Assembly (NCBI GenBank): GCA_022710725.1
Contig: JAKLGK010000006.1
Coordinates: 257,605 to 321,604 of the forward strand
DNA: 64,000 nt
Reading direction: 5' to 3'
Source: Verrucomicrobiota bacterium
GTDB taxonomy: Bacteria > Verrucomicrobiota > Kiritimatiellia > CAIQIC01 > JAGNIJ01
Position 1 is the first letter of the stretch, and the number at the start of each line of letters is the position of its first letter. Positions 57,876 through 64,000 of this stretch are shown here, piece after piece. The notes beneath the pieces were generated by a model that ran no database searches, had not been told where the DNA came from, and worked only from the letters and a program-made list of their open reading frames with translations. Made by a program: the position numbers and the translations under genes.

Positions 57876-58307
57876 ATGCGAATGAGCGACGGCAAGACCA
57901 TCCTGATCGTGGACGACGATCCCGACTTCGTGGAATCCAACCGGGACCTCCTCGAGGCCTACGGCTACTCCGTCCACGCCGCGCACAACGGCGCCGACGG
58001 CCTGGACCTGGCGCGGAAGGTCAGGCCGGACGTGCTGATCCTCGACGTGATGATGGCGACCAACACCGAGGGTTTCGAGGTGGCGCGCAAGATCCCCGAG
58101 ACGCCCGAGTTGAAGGGGCTCCGCGTGCTGCTGGTCACGGGCGTCACGAAGGACATGCACCTGCCTTTCGGCTTCGAGCCGGACGCGAGTTGGCTTCCGG
58201 TGGACCGCGTGCTTGAAAAACCCATAGCCCCCAACCGGCTCCTGACCGAGATCCAGAAGGTGCTGGGCGAGGCGAACCCCAAAGGAGAGAACTCCCATGC
58301 CGGCTAG
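57876..58307 (+). CDS. Single-domain response regulator (receiver only), copy 1 of a tandem pair.
   Basis: Receiver-domain residues ILIVDDD, LILDVMM (phospho-Asp), LLVTG and EKP (Lys). No output domain is present. Confidence 0.75.
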   Translation: MRMSDGKTILIVDDDPDFVESNRDLLEAYGYSVHAAHNGADGLDLARKVRPDVLILDVMMATNTEGFEVARKIPETPELKGLRVLLVTGVTKDMHLPFGFEPDASWLPVDRVLEKPIAPNRLLTEIQKVLGEANPKGENSHAG

Positions 58308-58689
58308 CAAGAAAACCATCCTGATCGTGGATGACGATCGCGATTTCGTGGAATCGAACAAGGACCTGCTCGAGGCCAACGGGTACCGCGTGATTTCCGC
58401 CCACGACGGCGCGAGCGGCCTGGCGCTGGCCAAGAAGGAGCGGCCGGCCCTGATGATTCTCGACGTCATGATGGCGACGAACACGGAGGGGTTCGAGGTC
58501 AGCCGGAGAATCCCCGAGTCGCCCGAGCTCAAGAACATGCCGGTCCTCATGGTCACGGGCATCCGCAAGGAGATGCACCTGCCCTTCGCCTTCGAGCCGG
58601 ACGAGACCTGGCTGCCGGTATCCAGCCTGTTCGAAAAGCCCATCGAGCCCGCCACGCTGCTGGCCGAGATCAAGAAGCGGATCGGGTGA
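58297..58689 (+). CDS. Single-domain response regulator (receiver only), copy 2 of a tandem pair.
   Basis: About 60% identical to copy 1 over its full length (TILIVDDDRDFVESNKDLLEANGY...MILDVMMATNTEGFEV...). It overlaps copy 1 by 11 nt. Confidence 0.8.
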   Translation: MPASKKTILIVDDDRDFVESNKDLLEANGYRVISAHDGASGLALAKKERPALMILDVMMATNTEGFEVSRRIPESPELKNMPVLMVTGIRKEMHLPFAFEPDETWLPVSSLFEKPIEPATLLAEIKKRIG

Positions 58690-58716
58690 CGCGGGCGGAG
58701 CCGCGCCCGCTCCGAA

Positions 58717-59286
58717 CTACTGCTTCGCGAGAAGGGCCGCGTAAGCGCAGCCTACGCGGGGCGTTGTGCGGAGGATGAACCCCGTTTCCTTCGCGATCCT
58801 CACTTCCGCCTCGAAAGCCGGCCCGTCCACGTGCCCCTTGGGCTCGGCGATGAGCAACGTGCCGCCCGGCTTGAGCGCCCGGTGAAAAGCGGCCAGCAGG
58901 CGTTGGACATCCGGCACCTCGTGGATGACCGCGAAGGCCAGGATGAAATCCATGGCGCCTTCGAATTCCTGCAACCCGAAGTCCTCGTGCCCGCAACGCC
59001 GGATGAAGATCCGGCCCGAAAGCCCGCGCCGGGCCGCGCGCCGTTTCAGCTGGTCCAGCATGCCGTCCTGGACATCCACAGCGTACACCCGGCCGGTCGG
59101 CCCGACGAGTTCGGCCAGCGGCAGCGTGAAGAACCCCATGGCGCAGCCGAAATCCAGCGCGCGCATGCCGGGCCGGACGCAGGGCGCGAGGATCTTCCGG
59201 GGATCCTGGAGCAACCTGCGGAGCGGGTTCAGCAGGAGCCAGCCGATCCAAACGGGACAGGCATGGTGTTTATGCGGGGCTGTCAT
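58717..59286 (-). CDS. Class I SAM-dependent methyltransferase.
   Basis: Motif I ALDFGCAMGFF and the post-I acidic residue VYAVDV. About 190 aa. Confidence 0.68.
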   Translation of the reverse strand: MTAPHKHHACPVWIGWLLLNPLRRLLQDPRKILAPCVRPGMRALDFGCAMGFFTLPLAELVGPTGRVYAVDVQDGMLDQLKRRAARRGLSGRIFIRRCGHEDFGLQEFEGAMDFILAFAVIHEVPDVQRLLAAFHRALKPGGTLLIAEPKGHVDGPAFEAEVRIAKETGFILRTTPRVGCAYAALLAKQ

Positions 59287-59292
59287 GATGTA

Positions 59293-60282
59293 TTACTCCG
59301 CCGGTTGAAGCCGCAGGGAATCCCCCCGCTCCAGGCTGGCCGTGCGGCCGGCCAGTCGGATGGCGCGCCGCGCGGATTCCAGGTCCGCGCAAACGCGCTT
59401 GTCGTACAGGCGGTAGCTGGCGCGGTACGAATCAGGAGTCCCGTTGACCATGATCACGTTGCAACCGAAACGCAAGCCGGCGGCGAAGCCCTCGGACGGA
59501 TCGAGCGTGGCCAGCGCGGTCGTGGCGGGCAGGTGCGTGCCGGGCGACGCGATGCGGGCCAGCGCCAGCAGGCGGAGCACGGTCTCCCGCTCGCCAGCCT
59601 GCTGGTCGGCGAACGGAGTGTCCGCCTGCGGAAGGAACGGGCCGATCCCGGCCATGTCGGGCTGGAAATCCTGCAGGAAGAGTATTTCGCCCGCCAGGTC
59701 CTCCGCGGTCTGACCCGGCAGGCCGACGAGAAAACCGACGCCTACCTGGTAGCCCAGTTCGCGCAGCCGTTCGATGATGCTCATCCGCACGGCGTGGGAC
59801 TGGCCGGGATGAATGCGGTCGTACAGCGTGGCGTTGACGGTCTCGTGCTTCAGCAGGTAGCGATCCGCGCCCGCCTCGCGAAAGGCCTCGTAGTCCTCCA
59901 GGGGCCGCTCGCCGATGGACAGCGTGATGGCCGCGCCGGGCGCGTCGGTCTTGATGTCCCGGATGATGTCGCACAGCATGGCCGTGGTGTAGTGCGCGTC
60001 GTCACCGGATTGCAGGATGACGGTGCGGAGGCCCCAGCGCAGGAGGGTGGACGCGGCCTGCCGGATTTCCGCGGGGCTCATGCGGTAGCGCTTGAGGCGG
60101 CGATTCTCGCGGCGCAGCCCGCAGTACCGGCAACTCCGCGCGCAGCAATTGGAGAACTCCACGATGCCGCGCAGGAACACCCCCTCGCCGCAATGCTCCC
60201 GCCGCGCCGCGTCCGCCCGGCCCCTCAACGCATGCGAGTCCGGGGCCCGGAGCTCATCAAGAATATCGTTCTTCGACAGCAT
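59293..60282 (-). CDS. hydE: [FeFe] hydrogenase maturase HydE (radical SAM). The longer ORF could start at 60339 instead.
   Basis: Radical-SAM motif FSNCCARSCRYCG (CxxxCxxC) and a BioB/HydE-like layout. It lies next to hydG and hydF. Confidence 0.72.
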   Translation of the reverse strand: MLSKNDILDELRAPDSHALRGRADAARREHCGEGVFLRGIVEFSNCCARSCRYCGLRRENRRLKRYRMSPAEIRQAASTLLRWGLRTVILQSGDDAHYTTAMLCDIIRDIKTDAPGAAITLSIGERPLEDYEAFREAGADRYLLKHETVNATLYDRIHPGQSHAVRMSIIERLRELGYQVGVGFLVGLPGQTAEDLAGEILFLQDFQPDMAGIGPFLPQADTPFADQQAGERETVLRLLALARIASPGTHLPATTALATLDPSEGFAAGLRFGCNVIMVNGTPDSYRASYRLYDKRVCADLESARRAIRLAGRTASLERGDSLRLQPAE

Positions 60283-60366
60283 CGGAATCCTCAACTGCGA
60301 AACACGCGAAATACGCGAAAGAAAAGATGAGGAACTCAATTTTCGCGCGTTTCGTAGTTCCTTCTT

Positions 60367-61863
60367 CTACAGGAACAAATCCCGCTCCCCCCGCGCCGTC
60401 CGTTCGTAGAACTGCATGAACACCGGATAGCCCTTCGGGTTCTGCTCCCGTATCTCGGCCAGTTCGTGCTGCAGCACTTTTTCGCCCGCCGCCTGCGTGG
60501 CCGGGCTGGCGAAGTCGTCCAGCCACTCGCGGAACGTCAGGACCGCGTTCAGCTTGCAGAACTTCCCTTCGCGCCCGCTGCGGAGCAGGTCCATGATGCA
60601 CTGGCCCGTCCGCCCGCACCGGTAGCCGGCCGTGCAGAACGAAGTAATATAGCCCATCTCCGCGAGTTCGCGCACCACGTCGTCGAGACTGCGGGTGTCG
60701 CCCAGCAGAAACTGTTGGCGCGAGCCCTGTTGCGACTCGTAGGCTTCGCTGTACGCGCCGACCCCGATGCGCGACGACGCGTCGGTCTGCGTGCAGCCGA
60801 GCGGGATCAGCCGCCGCCGCATCCCGGCGTTTTCCCGCGCGGTCAGGATCATGCCGGTGTACGGCACGGAGAGCCGGAGGACGACCACCGCGCGCTCCAT
60901 GTCCTCGTCGCTTACGAGGAACCCGGACTCCTGCGTGAAGGGCGTGCTCTCCGCGGGCTCGAGGCGGGGGAAGGAGATCGTGTGCGGGCCGATTCCGAAC
61001 GCGCGCTCCAACTCCCGCGCGTGATAAAGAAGCCCCATGACCTCGAAGCGCCAGTCGGCCAGGCCGAACAACGCGCCGAGACCGACGTCGTCGATCCCGG
61101 CCTCCATCGCCCGGTGCATGGCGTACAACCGCCAGGCGTAGTCGCCCTTGATCGTGCCGGCGGGATGCAGCCGGGCATACGTGTCGTGGTGGTAGGTCTC
61201 CTGGAAAACCTGGTACGTGCCGAGCCCGACCTCGTGCAGAATCTTCAGTTCCTCCACCCGCAGGGGCGGCGCGTTGACGTTGATGCGCCGGATCTGCCCG
61301 AAGCCGATCCGCGCCTTGACCCTGGCGCTGTAAATCGTGCGCAGCGATTCCGCCATGTAGTCAATCGCGGAATCCGGATGCTCCCCGTAAACGACAATTA
61401 ACCTCTTGTGACCGATTTGCCCGGCCAGCACCTCGGCCTCGCGCCGGATCTCGTCCTGCGTCAGCACGCGTCGCTCGATCGCCGCGTTGGCGCAGCGCAG
61501 CCCGCAGTAGAGGCAGTTGTTGACGCACCGGTTGCTTAAATAGAGAGGGGCGAACGTGACGATGCGGTTGTCGTAGACCTTCCGCTTGATCCGCGCGGCG
61601 GCCGTCTTCATCTCCGTCCACAGGTCGGGATCGGTGACGTGCAGCAGGGCGGCGGTCTCGTCCGGTTCCAGGGTCTGGATGGCCTCGGATTTCGCGATGA
61701 TGGCGCGGATGCGAGCGGGATCAGGCTCCCGGTTCGCGCGCAGCCGCGCTTCGATCTCGGCGTCGGGGATGAAATCGCCGTCGTCGGTCCGGTACTTGTC
61801 GATCTGGTCCCGCGCAATGCGGTTGCGGATCCAGGAGGAGCGTTCGGTGAGTTGTGTGGTCAT
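60367..61863 (-). CDS. hydG: [FeFe] hydrogenase maturase HydG (radical SAM tyrosine lyase, ThiH-like). An alternative start at 61899 is possible.
   Basis: Radical-SAM motif SNRCVNNCLYCG. A length of ~500 aa and a C-terminal Cys-containing region are consistent with HydG. Confidence 0.78.
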   Translation of the reverse strand: MTTQLTERSSWIRNRIARDQIDKYRTDDGDFIPDAEIEARLRANREPDPARIRAIIAKSEAIQTLEPDETAALLHVTDPDLWTEMKTAAARIKRKVYDNRIVTFAPLYLSNRCVNNCLYCGLRCANAAIERRVLTQDEIRREAEVLAGQIGHKRLIVVYGEHPDSAIDYMAESLRTIYSARVKARIGFGQIRRINVNAPPLRVEELKILHEVGLGTYQVFQETYHHDTYARLHPAGTIKGDYAWRLYAMHRAMEAGIDDVGLGALFGLADWRFEVMGLLYHARELERAFGIGPHTISFPRLEPAESTPFTQESGFLVSDEDMERAVVVLRLSVPYTGMILTARENAGMRRRLIPLGCTQTDASSRIGVGAYSEAYESQQGSRQQFLLGDTRSLDDVVRELAEMGYITSFCTAGYRCGRTGQCIMDLLRSGREGKFCKLNAVLTFREWLDDFASPATQAAGEKVLQHELAEIREQNPKGYPVFMQFYERTARGERDLFL

Positions 61864-61877
61864 GAGAGGGTCGGGGT

Positions 61878-63140
61878 TCAGGACGGGGCTCCTGCCCACG
61901 CCGTCTTGCTTTGCGCCTTCTGTTCAATTCCGAATGGTTCCAGCACCCGGGGCAGCACGCCTTGCAGGTGCGAGATGCACAGGCCGTAGTTCGTGATCGG
62001 CACGCCCGCCGCGGCGGCCTTCTCGATCCGGGCCAGCACCTCGCGCTGGGTCAGCATGCACGCGCCGCACAGGATGATGAGCGAGTACGACGCCACGTCG
62101 TCCGGCCAGTCGCGGCCCGAGCAGACCGTAACCTCCACGTCGAACCCGAGATGCTTCTTCAGCCAGCGCGGGATCTTTACGCGGCCGATGTCGTCCTCCA
62201 CGGCGTGGTGCGTACAGGCCTCGGCGATCAGCACGCGGTCGCCGGGCCGCAGCCGGTCGATGGCCGACACGCCCTCGGTCTGCCGCGCGAGGTCGCCGCG
62301 GAACCGGGAGAAGAGGATCGAAAACGTCGTGCACTTCACGCCGGGCGGCGTCTCCGCGACCATCCGGTGGACGACCTGGGAGTCGCACACCACAAGATCC
62401 GGCGGGCGAGCCAGTTGCGAAAGCAGGGCGGTGTACTCGGTTTCCCGGCAGACGGCGACCATTTCGCCGTGGTCCAGCGCGTCGCGGATCGCCTGGACCT
62501 GCGGGAGAATGATCCGCCCTTTCGGCGCCTCCTTGTCGATCGGGATGATCAGCACGATCAGCCCGCCGGGCGGGACCAGGTCGCCGAGCAGGCTGGGCGC
62601 CGCGACGACATGGTCGGGGCAGATTTCCAGCAGGTGCTCCTTGAACTGGTGAACCACGCGATCGCGCTCCGCGCCCGTGAACGGGTGACTGGCACACTGG
62701 AGCAGGCGCGGGATTTTCGCGCGGACCGCTTCGATAAAAGCGGCCGTCGGTTGTTCCAGGTCCGCTTTATTGATGACCGCGATGACCGGCGTCTTGCGTT
62801 TGGTGAATTCGCCGAGCAGTTCGTCCTCGAACGCCGTCCAGCGGTTCGGCTCCAGCAGCAGGACCGCGACATCGCTGCGATCCAGCGCGCGGCGGGTGCG
62901 GTCGACCCGGCCGGCCCCGAGCTCGGACGTGTCGTCGAGACCGCCGGTGTCCAGGAACGCAACCGGGCCGACGGGCAGCAGTTCCATGGCCTTCTCCACG
63001 ACGTCCGTGGTCGTGCCGGGTATGGGCGAAGTCAGGGCGACGTCCTGGCCTGCGACGAGGTTCAGGAAGCTGGACTTCCCGACGTTCGTCCGGCCGAAGA
63101 GGCCGATGTGCAGCCGCAGGGATTTGGGTGTTTTTTCCAT
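61878..63140 (-). CDS. hydF: [FeFe] hydrogenase maturation GTPase HydF.
   Basis: N-terminal GTPase motifs GRTNVGKSS (G1), DTGG (G3) and NKAD (G4). A C-terminal cluster-binding region with CxH...C is present. Confidence 0.8.
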   Translation of the reverse strand: MEKTPKSLRLHIGLFGRTNVGKSSFLNLVAGQDVALTSPIPGTTTDVVEKAMELLPVGPVAFLDTGGLDDTSELGAGRVDRTRRALDRSDVAVLLLEPNRWTAFEDELLGEFTKRKTPVIAVINKADLEQPTAAFIEAVRAKIPRLLQCASHPFTGAERDRVVHQFKEHLLEICPDHVVAAPSLLGDLVPPGGLIVLIIPIDKEAPKGRIILPQVQAIRDALDHGEMVAVCRETEYTALLSQLARPPDLVVCDSQVVHRMVAETPPGVKCTTFSILFSRFRGDLARQTEGVSAIDRLRPGDRVLIAEACTHHAVEDDIGRVKIPRWLKKHLGFDVEVTVCSGRDWPDDVASYSLIILCGACMLTQREVLARIEKAAAAGVPITNYGLCISHLQGVLPRVLEPFGIEQKAQSKTAWAGAPS

Positions 63141-63203
63141 GAGCTTGATTCAATTGTAGGAAGCCGGCTTGCTGGCGACTGCTATCGCGAGCAAGCTCGC
63201 TTC

Positions 63204-63452
63204 CTACTTCGAGGTCATCGCCGATTTGACAGACACGCCCTCGATCTGGCCCAGCTTGCCCGTCAGGCTGCCGACCTCGTCTGTGGTCGCGCGGACGATC
63301 AGGGTGATGACGCTATGGTCCTCTTCCAGGTGGGGAATGCCCATGCGGCCGTAGATCAGGTTGCCGAACTCGGTCAGCACCTGGTTGACCAGCCCCGCGC
63401 TCTTCTTGCGGTTCTCCACGACGATCCCGACGAATCCCAGTCTTTTCTTCAT
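63204..63452 (-). CDS. Small TM1266-like putative iron-only hydrogenase system regulator (ACT/NikR-C-like fold).
   Basis: 82-aa protein, MKKRLGFVGIVVENRKKSAGLVNQVLTEFGNLIYGRMGIP..., adjacent to hydF as in characterised hyd maturase clusters. A GGGAGGA ribosome-binding site lies upstream. Confidence 0.55.
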   Translation of the reverse strand: MKKRLGFVGIVVENRKKSAGLVNQVLTEFGNLIYGRMGIPHLEEDHSVITLIVRATTDEVGSLTGKLGQIEGVSVKSAMTSK

Positions 63453-63647
63453 ATGTTCCTCCCGATAATAAAAAAACCGGCCCGCCTGAGAGGCGATGCC
63501 GGATGCATTTTTTCCGTTCCGCCCTTGAACTCAGAGTTTGCGCTCCTCGTCGCAGGTTTCGCGCACTGTACATGCCGCCGAGTCCGGCGTCAAGGCCGAC
63601 CGGGTTTTCGTTTGGCCTGCGGGGCGGGCGGGGGTAGCATGTCCCGC

Positions 63648-64000
63648 ATGCGGATCGCGTTTCTATTGCAGGACACCGGGCGCATTTACGGGGCCGAGCG
63701 GGCGACGCTGGACCTCGCGCGCGGCCTGCGGTCCGCCGGCGTCGAGGTCGCCGCGTGGCTGATCGAGGAATCGCGGCTGGGGCTGGAAAAGAGCGAGTTG
63801 AAAACCGCGATCCTCGAGGCGGGCCTGGAGTGTTCCGCGTTGCCGGTTCACAGCGCCTTCTCGCGCGATCTTCTTCGGATGCTCCGGGAAAAAGCGGGAC
63901 GCGAAAAACCAGATGTCCTTCATACGATCGGCCCGAAGGCCACGGTGCATGCGGCGTGGGCCTTGCGGGGCCGGGTGCCGCTGGTGACCACGGTCCACGG
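63648..64000 (+). CDS. Family 1 (GT4-type) glycosyltransferase, N-terminal fragment truncated by the window end.
   Basis: Translation MRIAFLLQDTGRIYGAERATLDLARGLRSAGVEVAAWLIEE...PDVLHTIGPKATVHAAWALRGRVPLVTTVHG matches the Glyco_trans_4 N-terminal domain. It is not in the ORF track because no stop codon lies within the window. Confidence 0.5.
   Translation, partial: MRIAFLLQDTGRIYGAERATLDLARGLRSAGVEVAAWLIEESRLGLEKSELKTAILEAGLECSALPVHSAFSRDLLRMLREKAGREKPDVLHTIGPKATVHAAWALRGRVPLVTTVH

Noticed and set aside
60466-62962. Plus-strand 311-aa ORF antisense to hydG, and alternate-frame ORFs within hydF.
   Set aside because: Artefacts. hydG and hydF carry radical-SAM and GTPase motifs in the chosen frames.
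63468-63513. A-run, then a CCGGC...GCCGG hairpin, then a T-run, in the divergent region between the TM1266-like gene and the terminal GT1 gene.
   Set aside because: Terminator-like symmetry, but it is located upstream of both flanking genes (a divergent promoter region). The stem is only 5 bp with a 16-nt loop, which is too weak to call.
1-64000. CRISPR arrays, rRNA or tRNA genes, and integrase or transposase genes.
   Set aside because: No direct-repeat and spacer periodicity and no recombinase-like ORFs were seen. The few intergenic regions are short and did not show obvious cloverleaf-type tRNA features by eye. A tRNAscan or Infernal run would be needed to exclude small RNAs definitively.

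Overview
This is a high-GC (~65-70%) bacterial chromosomal segment. Its gene content (Na+-NQR, a trimeric [FeFe] hydrogenase, many glycosyltransferases, LemA) suggests a PVC-type anaerobe, but that is a guess and cannot be verified from sequence alone. Most six-frame ORFs are GC-driven antisense or out-of-frame artefacts; about 50 genes carry recognisable family motifs and are listed below.

Layout, start to end:
- 4-6524: secreted metzincin protease, a double zinc-ribbon protein, LemA, an HtpX-like M48 protease and pyrC.
- 6559-27563: a large glycoconjugate island with GT2 x3 (two of them ArnC/GtrB-like polyprenyl-phosphate sugar synthases), GT1 x3, three paralogous large GT-C membrane glycosyltransferases each with a ~400-aa C-terminal non-membrane domain, tandem SGNH hydrolases, a PaaK-like adenylating enzyme, a polysaccharide pyruvyl transferase, and an unusual MurF-like ligase fused to an intact M23 peptidase domain.
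- 27708-34659: nqrABCDEF-apbE.
- 34924-46087: sppA, an FHA membrane protein, a GT2, a NUDIX hydrolase, a DUF2723/TMEM260-like GT-C with TPR tail, metH and an S8 protease.
- 46136-50566: a cupin, a small Cys-rich peptide, DUF2157 and GDYXXLXY proteins, and secreted CBM-like and thioredoxin-like proteins.
- 50738-58689: a Rex box, then rex, a Cache sensor kinase, hydB-hydA-hydC and two tandem receiver-only response regulators, probably one operon.
- 58717-63452 (minus strand): a SAM methyltransferase, hydE, hydG, hydF and a TM1266-like regulator.
- 63648-end: a partial GT1.

Non-coding curiosities are two copies of a perfect AT-rich palindrome (TCACACTTCTAGAAGTGTGA core) in a 556-bp gap inside the glycosylation island, and a 34-bp perfect AT-rich palindrome between apbE and sppA.
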